Shown: positions 41,511-53,919 of the stretch, one piece after another | How the letters are laid out: the number at the start of each line of letters is the position of its first letter | How positions within the stretch are numbered: the first letter of the stretch is position 1 | Assembly: GCF_006345805.1 (NCBI RefSeq) | Contig: NC_042997.1 | Coordinates: forward strand, 26,102,001 to 26,166,000 | DNA length: 64,000 nucleotides | DNA from: Octopus sinensis | Lineage: Eukaryota | Direction: 5' to 3' | Translations under genes and position numbers: made by a program | The notes under the pieces: model-generated | The model's database searches: none | What the model was told of the DNA's origin: nothing | The model's input: only the letters and a program-made list of their open reading frames with translations

Positions 41511-41863
41511 ATTCAAAGATAGGTATAGTAAATAAACAAACGAACAAACGAACTTTCAGCAAGATTTTGTTAGGATATCCAAGTATCCTAACAATTTCAC
41601 AAACCGATTACACGGAGAATGGTGCTCGCTTCTATTTTGGAAAACATGGGATTGTGTTTCAAAATGGAGGTGAACACCTTTCTCTATGTGATCTGCTTGA
41701 TAAATTGTTAAGATACTTGGATATTCTCCTACACTTCTTAACATGAAATCAATGGTAGCCTTAATTCACAAATAAAGAAATTATTTATCCACCAATGCAG
41801 TGTTGAGCACTCACTCCAACGTTCTACATTTACGAATATATGTGTGTGTGTGTGAGTATGTAC

Positions 41864-41912
<49 letters not shown>

Positions 41913-42999
41913 CATATATATACATACATACATACATACATGCATGCATACATACATACATACATACATACATACATACATACATACATACATACATACA
42001 TACATACATACTACATACATACATACATACACACATACTTACATACTTATATGTATGTGCATGAATATGTGTATATGTGAATGTGTGTAATTGCTTGCTG
42101 TTGTAAGGGTGTGATAACTATATCAAGAATAAGGTTAACGCTGGCATTAGGATAGAAAGTGGCGTCAGTTAAGATAACCGATTTATCCATGTACTGAATA
42201 GAATATTGTTACACATGTTTGGGTAAAATTAAATAAAGCCAAATATTATAATTGCATACAAAATGAATTGATAATAATGTTACCAGCAAAAGACAACTAT
42301 CAAAATAGCTTCAAGTTTCAATACAAAACTGGATATGTGAAGATGTTTATTCTTCCTCTGAAGATATCATAAGAGACCAATGAAGAGAAGCACATTATTT
42401 TTTCATACCCTTAACGACAATCTAACGTCAGTGTGTGTGTTGTGGAGTGTGTGTGTGTGTTTTGTGGTGTGTGTGTGTATGTGTGCGTGTTTATGTCTGT
42501 GTGTTTGCTTTTTTCTTTATTAAGAATGGCTTGTGATGATTTGAGACTATAGGGCATAGCTTCAATTACTCGGGTTAGAACTACGTCAGGAAAAGAAAAC
42601 TATTTTAAATCTTCAAGGGGAATATTTTAACTGACAATAAATGACTTCATATTTCAAAATGCCAATGACTGGAGAAACAGTGTAATAAAAGCCTGCCTAG
42701 ACGCGTGTCTCCAAAGCCAGAAACTATTAGTAAGCCCGTACCTTTATAATGTGTGCATTAAATAATACATACATACGTACATAAATCCAAAATTTTATTT
42801 TGCTACTTATGAGAGCAACTCTCTTCGCAGACTAATATGCTCGATATGAGGAGTAAATAGACAGCCGACAACTGATGAAGGATGGTTCTTTATGTTACTT
42901 GTCTTGTTTTCTATTTGTTTCTTTCGTTGTTTGCGTATTGAACTCATCTGTTTTCGTATTTCATGCTGTTTACTGTTGGTGACGTCCTGTACCCATATA

Positions 43000-43080
<81 letters not shown>

Positions 43081-43089
43081 GTTACTACA

Positions 43090-43283
43090 TATGTATCTTT
43101 GGCGATTTTCTTTCTCCGTCTTCCTTTCCTTGAACCTTTCCTTTTTCTATGTTTCTGACGAAGAGCTCCACTCGAAACGTTAAATCATCCTTTCTTTCCT
43201 TTCCTGAGCGTCCAATAACACTATACTTGTTCCAAATCCACGCGTTGTGTTTTCTCTCTGTGTTTTCATGTTTGGATTAACTA
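43090..43283 (+). mobile_element. Short PLE-derived repeat with canonical-core minimal hammerhead (43151-43185)
   Basis: GTTT CTGACGA A GAG CTCCA CTC GAAAC GTT AAAT; flanked by (TA)n. Confidence 0.75.
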
Positions 43284-43295
43284 TACATACATACA

Positions 43296-43338
<43 letters not shown>

Positions 43339-43419
43339 ATATATGTATATATATATACATATATATATATACATATATATATATACATATATATATGTAT
43401 ATATATATATGTACATACA

Positions 43420-43468
<49 letters not shown>

Positions 43469-43634
43469 ACGTAAGGGGTATCAGCCATCTGAATGTGGCT
43501 AGCCACTGGGGGGGGGGTTACTGATGCTTTTAGCCCCAGGCGATCAACGTCACCAGAAGGACCTTAGACACTATCTCAGTGTCCTTGTGTTACTTGCAAA
43601 GGGAGGTCATCCTCCCTCGAAGACCCGAGTACTA

Positions 43635-43679
43635 CATACGGACTATAGTTTCAAGGTAATTGCCTCTCGTCAACGCATG
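43635..43679 (-). ncRNA. Type I hammerhead ribozyme motif, unit 1 (U3 variant)
   Basis: CATGCG TTGACGA GAGG CAATTA CCTT GAAAC TATA GTC CGTATG. Confidence 0.75.
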
Positions 43680-43988
43680 GTAAGCACTGGTCTTCGATGA
43701 AGGAGTCCCCTCGCAAGTAATATATAATGTTTTTCACAGTAACCACTGTCACTGATGTAGAAAAACTGTCTGAAAACAATAATAAATCTCTGAACGAGAT
43801 ATAAACAGTAACCGCTCGACAACGTAAGGGGTATCAGTCATCTGAATGTGGCTAGCCACTGGAGGGAGGTGTTACTGATGCTTTTAGCCCCAGGCGATCA
43901 ATGTCACCAGATGGACCTTAGAAACTATCTCAGTGTCCTTGTGTTACTTGCAAAGGGAGGTCATCCTCTCTCGAAGACCCGAGTACTA

Positions 43989-44033
43989 CATACGGACTAT
44001 AGTTTCAAGGTAATAGCCTCTCGTCAACGCATG
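43989..44033 (-). ncRNA. Type I hammerhead ribozyme motif, unit 2 (U3 variant)
   Basis: CATGCG TTGACGA GAGG CTATTA CCTT GAAAC TATA GTC CGTATG. Confidence 0.75.
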
Positions 44034-44342
44034 GTAAGCACTGGTCTTCGATGAAGGAGTCCCCTCGCAAGTAATACATAATGTTTTTCACAGTAACCAC
44101 TGTCACTGATGTAGAAAAACTGTCTGAAAACAATAATAAATCTCTGAACGAGATATAAACAGTAACCGCTCGACAACGTAAGGGGTATCAGTCATCTGAA
44201 TGTGGCTAGCCACTGGGGGGGAGTCTTACTGATGCTTTTAGCCCCAAGCGATCAACGTCACCAGAAGGCCCTTCGACACTATCTCAGTGTCCTTGTGTTA
44301 CTTGCAAAGGGAGGTCATCCTCTCTCGAAGACCCGAGTACTA

Positions 44343-44387
44343 CATACGGACTGTAGTTTCAAGGTAATTGCCTCTCGTCAACGCATG
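44343..44387 (-). ncRNA. Type I hammerhead ribozyme motif, unit 3 (U3 variant; stem III loop TACA)
   Basis: CATGCG TTGACGA GAGG CAATTA CCTT GAAAC TACA GTC CGTATG. Confidence 0.7.
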
Positions 44388-44949
44388 GTAAGCACTGGTC
44401 TTCGATGAAGGAGTCCCCTCGCAAGTAATATATAATGTTTTTCACAGTAACCACTGTCACATATATAATTATAGTCCTTCTCTCAACGTAATCCTGTCTT
44501 CTTGAGTTTATATTTGCTTCTTCTCCCACCTATTTGACATCATCTCATCTCTCTCTGTCACCCATCCCTTTGTCACTCATCTTTCAGTTCAATACTTCTT
44601 TCTTTCACCAATAAATCAGTCAATGGCTTGTTTAGTGTGTGGATTGAACAGTCAATCGGTTGTTCGCTTCTCCTGTTTTCCCTACCCTCTATTCTATTCT
44701 GTTCGTAGTATTATGCTCAGTAATCAGTACCGTTTACCACCAATTCTTCTGAACTGGCTGCCATCATTTTCTCCTCCTCAAAAATACAGAGAGAATACCA
44801 AACGAGTTCCCTATGGATACCGTATTTATACGGTATCCATAGGGAATGAGTTTGGTATTTTATTTATTACACACGAATAAACGACCATATTTTATTAACC
44901 CAATAACTAAATTCTTCACGTTTAGTTGTAACTTATGAATGACAAAAGT

Positions 44950-45058
44950 AGTGCCGTCACCGTGACCTCGGGTCATCACCGTGAATTGACCAATCAGAAG
45001 CAGTGCTGTCACCGTGACCTCGGGTCATCACCATGGATTGACCAATCAGAAGCAGCGC
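44950..45058 (+). promoter_or_regulatory. 52-bp tandem duplication with two NF-Y-like CCAAT boxes
   Basis: TTGACCAATCAGAAG at about 44986-45000 and 45038-45052; each unit also contains TGACC-TCG-GGTCA. Confidence 0.35.
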
Positions 45059-45480
45059 TCGCAGTATCTGACATATGTTAGATACCAAAAATATCTCAAA
45101 GTGTTCTCACTCACATGTGTGTAATAAATATTATTAACACCTAGCTATACACTTGCTAATGTCAACCTCCTAACACTCACTCCTACTAATTCCACCACTC
45201 TTTCTATCCATCTACCTCCCTCTCACATCAATTACTTAGCTTCATCCATCATAATCACGCGAGCGTCACTCACCAATTCAGCTTCTCCTGTCTTTCTTCT
45301 CTCCACTCTTTCGGTTCCTTGTCTTGAACGAGCGAATACATCTTAACGTTAGCAAGGGTAACTTAGTCTAACAGTCTCTCTCCCCTCTCTCTCTCTCTCT
45401 CTCTTTATATGTGTGTGTGTGAGAGAGTGTATACAGAGAAAGAGAATTGCGTATTTATGTTTGTCTATACACCACGTAAT

Positions 45481-45864
45481 GGATGGAAGCACTCCGTCGG
45501 TTACGAAGACGAGGGTTCCGGTTGATCCGATCAACGGAACAGCCTGCTCGTGAAATTAACGTGTAAGTGGCTGAGCACTCCACAGACACGTGTACCTTTT
45601 ACGTAGTTCTCGGAGATATTCAGCGTGACACAGAGAGTGACAAGGCCAGCCCTTTGAAATACAGGTACAACAGAAACAGGAAGTAAGAGTGAGAGAAAGT
45701 TGTGGTGAAAGAGTACAGCCGGGATCACCACCATCCCTGCCGGAGCCTCTTGGAGCTATAGGTGTTTTCGCTCAATAAACATTCACAACGCCCGGTCTGG
45801 GAATCGAAACCGCGATCCTACGACCGCGAATCCGCTACCCTAACCACTGGGCCATTGCGCCTCC
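45481..45864 (-). mobile_element. SINE family B
   Basis: Reverse complement of the 12556-12940 type. Confidence 0.9.
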
Positions 45865-46064
45865 ACACACCACGTAATAAACAGTGATTGTTTATTCTGT
45901 CATAAATTAGCGTTTCGACAAAAATGAAAACAATAGAATGAATATCAAATTTATATTAACTTCCTGGGTCGATTTGTTCCGGCGCATTTCAAAGCGGAGC
46001 AGTAGCTTGGCCTCAGTCAATGAGTAAAAGTATAAGATTTTATTGTATTTTATTTATGCGCCCT

Positions 46065-46320
46065 TTTCAAGTATAGCCAGGCTCATGGGCCCAGTTTCTC
46101 GGTTTCAGTGGCGTATGTGTTTCCCCCAGCTGGACGGGACGCCAGTCCATCGCAGCGTTACTCAAGAAACAGGAAGAAAGAGTGAGAAAAAGTTGATGCG
46201 AAAGAGTACAACAGGGATCGCCACCAACCCCTGTTTTCGCTCAATAAACACACGCAACGCCCGGTCTAGGAATCAAAATTGCGAGTCCGCTGCCCTAATC
46301 ACAGGGCCATTGCGCATCCA
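46065..46320 (-). mobile_element. SINE with family-B head and a different 3' tail
   Basis: Head GGATGCGCAATGGCCCTGTGATTAGGGCAGCGGACTCGC; tail GGACTGGCGTCCCGTCCAGCTGGGGGAAACAC. Confidence 0.7.
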
Positions 46321-46754
46321 CTAAACTATTTTTATAAGAAAATAAACAAAGAAATGGTAGTATTGAAGACGGGACAATGTTGTGTAGACGCGAGTAGTGG
46401 AGCATTACTTAAAAGATATAACTTCAAGTCAGAATTGGTCAAATCTCCCTTAGCAAAACTTGCTCGGTGACAAAATTGAACACCTCTACAACTCTATATT
46501 TCCAACTTCAATTAGAAACTGAAACTCGAAATTCATCGTGAATATAGTCATCGTCATCCTTAACCTTTTATATTTTCTCTCTCTGTTTATTTCCTTTCTG
46601 TTGAAGAGCGTAGGCTCTAAATGTAAAAGGCTTTCTCACTTCCCGAGCGTTAAACTAATACATCTGTTTGTTGTTTACACACACCCGTCTTCCTCTTTTT
46701 TTTTTCTTGTGAATGCTAACTACATATATATTCACACGTGTGTGCGTGTGTCCA

Positions 46755-46789
<35 letters not shown>

Positions 46790-47164
46790 ACAAGTATTAG
46801 GATTGAAATGGTCTACATCAAAATCCGAAATCGCTATCCGACTATGTACATTGGGGACTTACCTCCCTTCGTTAGTCATTAAGTTCAGTGCTTTTACGGC
46901 TTTGGAGATATTTTAGCACTTATTTTTAGCAAAATCGGAGCTTGTCAGTGCCATCTGTCACTTTTGTGACCTCTATTAATTTTGACTTTAGCTTCTAATT
47001 GCTAATAAGCCACCCTTTTAATTTGATCCATTTTTTATGTATTTATGTGTATATGTGTGTATGTGTGTTTATATGCACACATGCACCCACGCATATATAT
47101 ACACACACACACATATATATATATATCTGTGTGTGTGTGTGTGTATGCATATGTATATATATAT

Positions 47165-47198
<34 letters not shown>

Positions 47199-47427
47199 AG
47201 GTAGGTAGATATAGAGATAGATAGATAGATAGTTAGATATAGATGTGTACAGACATTTATATATATATATATACAGATGTTTATGTGTGTGTGTGTGGGG
47301 GGGGGTGTATGTGTCTGAGTGTGTGTGCATGAAATTACGATAAAACTTTTAATCTGACGTCCTTTATACTTTGTTCACAATAGGAGTTCTAACTTGCCAT
47401 CAGCCAGCAGCGAACAAGTTTACGTAC

Positions 47428-47639
47428 CAGTGACTTGAATAACGAGGTCATATAGAAGCCATAGAACGAGAATCTTAAAGTGCCGTATCATTGAAGGCCT
47501 AGATGAAGCACTGAAGGGTTTTGGCGTGTCTTCTAACTGATTAAGTGCTAACAAAAGCACCACAAATTCTTCATCTTCACCAGAAGTGAATAGAATCAAA
47601 GATACGGAAGAAATGGTGGGCTTGGGCATTCATATCTTT
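47428..47639 (-). other. Candidate exon with an ATG-initiated signal-peptide-like ORF
   Basis: Long polypyrimidine acceptor (TTTTTCCTTTGTTATCTTATAG) and donor CTG/GTACGT; frame of ORF 47420..47629 ends MIRHFKILVLWLLYDLVIQVT. Confidence 0.35.
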
Positions 47640-48167
47640 CTATAAGATAACAAAGGAAAAATATCACGAAAAATAATCAAAAACATATAAGAAAAAATAA
47701 ACGAATACTGCCGTGCTAGAGCACTTATGAGCCTTCTTTGTTGTATGTTTAGGGTGAGGCTCTATCAATTTCGTTGGAGGTGTTCTGTGTTATTTCCTTT
47801 GACACTTTTATTTACGGTGTCTCCAACTAATCTCATCTTCGTATATACTACTGGAAAGTAAAGGAGACAGATATTAGCAACCAGTCTGAATACGAAGAAT
47901 AACAAGGCCGCGACGGTGACTGCGTTGGTTATGGCAATGATGATGACGTCGAAAGACATGATAATCTGAAATACGAAAACGATATCTATACACAAACAAA
48001 CACTCATAGAAGCAAACAATAACACGAGCAACAAATAACAGCCGATAGTCACACATACACACGTAACTACACGGTTGTATGTTGGCGTTCATGTACAAAT
48101 ATATAATTACTGCGTACCAACATGACTATGTTTGTATATATGCATGTAAGAGAGTGTGTGTCTGTGC

Positions 48168-48202
<35 letters not shown>

Positions 48203-48288
48203 AGTGTGTGTGTGCATGTATATATATATATATACGTATATATGTATATATACGTATATATATATGTGTGTGTATACATCTATATATG

Positions 48289-48321
<33 letters not shown>

Positions 48322-48600
48322 GTATACTCACATATATATACATATATATTTACACAAGCACACACATACACACACATACACACATATATATATATCTGTG
48401 TGGGTGTGTCCATCTGACCATACAGGAGGTCCTCTCATGTTATATAACGCAGTATCCTGTGTTCTAACCCAACACCCACTTCAAGTGGGAGATAAATATC
48501 GCCTTCTACCTATTACTACACCTTCTACCGCTATTAATTATGTGTGCTTGTGTGCGTGTGTGTGTATGCATGTATGTATATGTACATATATATATGTATG

Positions 48601-48897
48601 TGAAGGCGCGTTGCTTAGTGGTGAGGACATTCGACTCACGATTGTAAGGTCGTGAGTTCAATTCCCGGCGACGCGTTGTGTCCTTGAGCAAAACACTTTA
48701 TTACACGTTACTCCAGTCCACTCAGCTGACAAAAATGTGTAGTACCTGTATTTCAAAGGGCCAGCCTTGTCACACTCTGTGTCACGCTGAATCTCCTTGA
48801 GGTAAACGTGCCTGTAGATTGCTCAACCACTTGCACGTTAATTTCACGTTGATCGTATCAGCTGGGACCCCCGTCGTCGTAGCCGACTGAGTGCTCC
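48601..48897 (+). mobile_element. SINE family C
   Basis: Head GAAGGCGCGTTGCTTAGTGG...GAGTTCAATTCCC...TTGAGCAAAACACTT; 3' part shared with family B. Confidence 0.85.
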
Positions 48898-48902
48898 TTT
48901 AG

Positions 48903-49265
48903 TGGAAGCGCAATGGCCCAGTGGTTAGGGTAGTGGACTCGCGGTCGTAGAAAAGCGGTTTCAATTTCCAGACAGGGCGTTGTTAGTGTTTATTGAACGA
49001 AGATACTTAAAGTTCCATAAGGCTCCGGCGGGGCGGGGGAAACCCTGCTGTACTCTTTCACCACAACTTTCTCTCACTGTTTCTTACTGTTTCTATTGCA
49101 CCTGTATTTCAAAAGGTCAGCTTTGTCACATTATGTTACGCTGAATCTCCTCGAGAACTTTGTTAAGGGTACACATGCTAAGCCACTTGCACGTTAATTT
49201 CATGAGTGGGCTGTTCCGTTGATTGGATCAACTGGAACCCTCGTTGTCGTAACCGACGGAGTGCC
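48903..49265 (+). mobile_element. SINE family B (directly after the family C copy)
   Basis: TGGAAGCGCAATGGCCCAGTGG...AACCGACGGAGTGC. Confidence 0.85.
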
Positions 49266-49341
49266 ATATTTGTGTATGTATGTATGTACGTATGTATGTA
49301 TATGTATATATACATATATGTGTGGGGAGGTGTATATATAC

Positions 49342-49375
<34 letters not shown>

Positions 49376-49730
49376 TATATATATATTGATTTGCTTTTCG
49401 CAGGAAGGAAGTTTTCTTCGAAGTATACGTCTCGCTTTTATCCTTCGAAACGTTTAGTAGATGAAACCTTAGCGACTGAAGAAGGGGATTTTTCGTTGTG
49501 CTTATTGTCCTGTATCTCCTTTTTTTGCTTGTCTTGTTCCTTGGTTTGTGTCTATGTTTTTCGTCTCTCTATGTGTTCGACGTCTTTTTGGTGTCCTGTA
49601 CACATATATGCGTGTATATGTACATGTAGAGGTAGGTACGTACATATATGTTTATATATATGCATATGTTCTATTTTATTAACATATATATATATATATA
49701 TATATATAAAGGGAGAGAGGGGGAGAGAGT

Positions 49731-49745
49731 TAGATAGACAGACAA

Positions 49746-49830
<85 letters not shown>
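49731..49830. repeat. (TAGA)n microsatellite
   Basis: Direct reading. Confidence 0.95.
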
Positions 49831-49832
<2 letters not shown>

Positions 49833-49894
49833 TGTTTCTTTATTAGCCACACAGGGCTGCACACAGATGGGACAAATTACAAAGTAGAGCTTTT

Positions 49895-50590
49895 CTTTTT
49901 GCAGTTCGGTCATGGAAACGAGCTGCGGGAAAGCGTGCGTCACAAACGGTGACCACACCTATTCACTGTCATCTACGTAGAGTCGGAGATGTCGCAGTCT
50001 CAGCGCGTATCTGCGCATCATAAACCATGGCATGCCCAGCCCTCCTCTTAACGGGTGTTGACAGCGAATGGATCGCCTCACCATCGGGACGCATCCTTTC
50101 CACAAGAAGCGGAAGAGAATGCATTCTAGTTTGGTGATGGTAGGGTTAGGACAAGGCACGACGGTCAGGCGGTAGTAGATGACGGACGCGATATACGTGT
50201 TCGCCACCTCCGCCCGACCTTTTAGGGACAATTTCCTCTCGGCCCATTGCCGGGCGAGAGTGACGACCCTACTCGTTATCTCGTTCCGGTTCTTCTCCAT
50301 TTGGGGGTCCGAACCAAACCAGGCCCCGAGCAACTCGACCGGACCGTCGGTCCAGCGTCCCACAACGGAGGCGCTGGTGGACGGTTGATTTTCCCGGTTG
50401 ATTTTCGCTCCTGTCACCGCATCGTAGTCTTTCAGTGTCTCGCTGACCAGCTAGATGAGTTCGTAGCTAGACACTGTGACGGTCTCGCATCCCAGTTCTC
50501 GCACGATGCCCCTCAGACTCGCCAGCTTCCGCAGTAGCGGCTCGAGAGTCAATACGTATAGAAGCGGCGAGAGGGTGAATCCCTGACGGA
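49895..50590 (-). mobile_element. L1/Tx1-clade LINE RT fragment (same family as 15745-17140)
   Basis: ORF 49959..50417: ELLGAWFGSD...WAERKLSLKGRAEVANTYIASVIYYRLTVVPCP...LFRFLWKG...GGLGMP; upstream RQGFTLSPLLYVLTLEPLL. Confidence 0.9.
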
Positions 50591-50964
50591 TAGATAGACA
50601 GATAGATTTTTGAAAATTTATCAAGTGTTATTTTAAGTGGAGAAACTCTAAAATCATTGGTGATTACTTACAATGTATTTATATAATATATATTCTCAAA
50701 ACGGAATTCTTATTCGCTCAGGTTACGTCATTAAACAGCTTCGGAATTTTATTGCATGTGTATATTTATCACCTATCTTTCGGTTGTTTTAGTCACTGGG
50801 CAGTAGTTGCGCCGAGGCACCACCACGAAGAATTTAGTTTATTTTAAAACCTAGAACATATGCTATAGTCACTTTCGCCGATCTCCTAGTTTACAGAGAC
50901 GTAAACAAAACAACATCGATTGTCAAGCGGTAGGGGACTAACTCTTGTATATTATATATATATA

Positions 50965-52660
50965 TATATGTAAAATGTAAAAAATATATACAAACTGGGA
51001 CAAGAACGTGAAACACTTAGAAGACGACACAAGAACCACAGGACGGGACATTCGAAGCCCTCAGTCATCAGTCAAGAACCGGATCATCTTCGCAATTTCG
51101 GCTGATTAATCTTGAGATTGCTCCGACCTGGGCAGCCCCCAAGGGAAATCCAAGCCAAGCGCATTAGATCCCTTGGAAGAAAGCTTCGAATGTATACAAC
51201 ACAAGGACGGAAAACGGACGATGTACACGAATAAAAATACAAAAGTACGTGAAAACAATAAGGAAAGCACGAATAAGAATACAAAAACGTAAAAACAATA
51301 AAGATAAGGATAAAAAACAACCGCACATTTCAGCTGGTCTTGGAATTCTGTGCCCAGAAACTGTGCAACTTCCTTAGCGAACACATTTCTTAAGTAAACT
51401 CATCCGTATTAGTGGCTAAAATAAACTGGATCGACCAGTTTCACTTTGCGTACACAACAGTCATAAATGTTAGCGGGCACTTTTTTGGGCGCTAATCGAT
51501 GAGTGGGGGAATCAGCGGAGGTGACTATTAATTGGTAAAAGTAAAGAAAAGAAAAGAAATAGAAAGAGAGGTAGATAGAGTGAGGGAGGGGGATTTTAAG
51601 GATTAGTTATTGGATAAAGTAAGGTGCATATATGTATGGTGTCTAAGAATTGTGTACGGAGTACCCGAGAAGATGAGAGAGAGGATGAGGAGGAAGAGAA
51701 AGATGGGATAAAAAAAATAGAACGAAATTAAAGGAATTTAAAGAGTACTAGATGTCCGGTAGTTTCAAAGACTAAAGTTATTGGGTAGAAAATTTGGTAG
51801 TAATTGTTTGTGTCCGCCCTGGTTAAGGTCAGTGGCTGGAGAGTTATTTTTTAGTAATGGGCTTTTGTTTGCGTAAGTAGTCGAGAAAGTAAGAGCTAGT
51901 TGAATGTTAAATTATTTATGAGTGGGAAGTAGTGTTAGGTGTTTATAGTAGTGGATTTATTGGGTTAAGGTTTAAAATAAATTAAGAATAAATGAAAGAA
52001 TTATGAAGGCGGCGAGCTGGCAGAATCGTTAGCACGCCGGGCGAAATGCGTAGCCGTATTTCGTCTGTCGTTACGTTCTGAGTTCAAGTTCCGCCGAGGT
52101 CGACTTTGCTTTTCATCCTCTCGGGGTCGATAAATAAAGTACCAGTTTCGCACTGGGTCGATGTAATCCACTTAATCCCTTTGTCTGTCCTTGTTTGTCC
52201 CCTCTATGTTTAGCCCCTTGTCGGTAGTAAAGAAATATAAATTAAAGAATTAATATTCATCTCATAGTGTGATGAAGTACGGTTGATAGATATGAGATAA
52301 GACATAAGGTAGAAATAAGAGTTATAGCAATATAGAAGGGCTGTACGTTAATAATCATAGGTGTTTGTATGTGGGCGCTAATCGTGGGGGATGAGCTTAC
52401 ATTTACATTTATGAAAGAATTTAAAAGTGTGGAAGAATTTGTGCTTACAAGTAGTGCAGGCCACGTTGTATTTGTTAAGCAATTGTGGTGAGTTGTGGGT
52501 TAGAATTTTGAGAGCTTCTTTTAAGCAAGGTCCACAACTAGAGTGTTGGTCCTGATATGGAGTACCCAAGTCTATTATTATCCAGGAAAGTTTATACTGT
52601 ATCTTTCTATTAATTAGATGGTGTATGTGGAATTGCTATTCTTCTTACAGCACCTACCTA
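50965..52660 (-). mobile_element. Second Penelope-like relic: GIY-YIG C-terminus (52390-52660), 3' region and pLTR ending at (TA)n
   Basis: YKLSWIIIDLGTPYQDQHSSCGPCLKEALKILTHNSPQLLNKYNVACTTCKHK matches the W.I...PY....C.LC..EK..I...LLN.R...C.H tail; pLTR end repeated at 52741-52872. Confidence 0.7.
52008..52236 (+). mobile_element. SINE family D (Meta-core-like), inserted in the PLE relic
   Basis: Reverse complement of 31064-31293. Confidence 0.85.
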
Positions 52661-52706
52661 GCGTACATACTCGTTTAGATCACCTATGAAATAAATCCCC
52701 ATACTT

Positions 52707-52740
<34 letters not shown>

Positions 52741-52741
<1 letters not shown>

Positions 52742-52869
52742 GTAAAAGTAAAAAAATACAAACTGGGACAAGAACGTGAAACATAGAAGACGACACAAAA
52801 AACACGGACGGGACATTCGAAGCCTTCAATCTTCAGTCAAGAACCGGATCATCTTCGCAATTTCGGCTG

Positions 52870-52872
<3 letters not shown>
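52741..52872 (-). repeat. Partial pLTR copy between (TA)n tracts
   Basis: Near-identical to about 50980-51108. Confidence 0.8.
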
Positions 52873-52945
<73 letters not shown>

Positions 52946-52984
52946 ACGAAAAAAACAAAAGACGAAGACAGGTGGTGTACAAAA

Positions 52985-53095
52985 CAAACAGATGTATTAG
53001 TATAACGCTCAGGAATAGAAAAAGTCTTTTACGTTTCGAGCCTACGCTCTTCTACAGAAAGGGACACAGAAAAAACAAGGAGAGAAAAAAGGAGA

Positions 53096-53100
<5 letters not shown>
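52985..53100 (-). mobile_element. Short repeat with variant hammerhead (CUGUAGA core) at 53026-53061; related decayed copy at about 46560-46700 (+)
   Basis: CTTT CTGTAGA A GAGC GTAG GCTC GAAAC GTA AAAG. Confidence 0.6.
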
Positions 53101-53166
<66 letters not shown>

Positions 53167-53919
53167 CTTCTATGTGTGTGCATGCATAAAATCACGAGTA
53201 TGCTAACAAATTATTAGAAAAATACTGAAAGAGAAGAGAGAGAGAGAGGATAAAACAATTCTGTGAGATACTACATCTTTAAAAACTACGTCAACCGCAC
53301 ATTGATGTAAACTGCATTTTATGAATCAAATGCTGAGTGTTACAGCCGAGCATTCATGTACCTAGAGAAACAAAATATACAAAGTAGCATGCGAAAATAT
53401 TAACCAATACTTGTACTACAAAACCAATAACACATAACTATTCCTTTTCCCTATCTAAATGATTAAAAAAGAAGAGAAATAAAAGCATAGATCTGTGAGC
53501 TCAGGGACAAGCTATTAATATAACTGTGGTATAAAAATTCGATTGCAAACGTGAAACCTCATAGCACCAACTGATTTATTAGTCAAATACGAAATTCATT
53601 CTTTCGGTTCGCAAAGCACTGAGAATTATATGATGTGGAATGTACTCCTCCCTACTCTAGACAATCCAAAACAAAACTAGAGAAGTATTCTCGAAAAGAT
53701 AATAAGCGATTTGTAATAGAAGTAATATTCATAACACAGCGGATCACTGACGATCAAAACGGAGAATCGAGTGCTAATTTCAACGTTGTTACATTGTCCA
53801 TGCAGCTCTAGATCTTCACTGGAAGGAACTTATACGAACATGAAACATCGATTTATAAAAGTAAAACTAGGACCCAGTTGTGTATCAAGTGCAACATGAC
53901 TAAAAGACATTATTATATA

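Larger units (their letters stand above)
43468..44460 (-). mobile_element. Tandem array of 2.8 x 354-bp units, each with a type I hammerhead (retrozyme-like)
   Basis: Unit starts at 43471, 43824 and 44178; hammerheads at exact 354-nt spacing; array sits in TA-repeat sequence. Confidence 0.85.

Noticed and set aside
43468-44460. CRISPR-like or plain satellite interpretation of the tandem array
   Set aside because: Whole 354-bp units repeat with no unique spacers, the context is eukaryotic, and the covarying hammerhead argues against a featureless satellite.
51045-51080. CTGATGA...CGAATGTC on the minus strand (also 52815-52850) and CTGAAGA at about 49477
   Set aside because: GAAA is not intact and I could not build convincing stems; at most decayed or atypical hammerheads.
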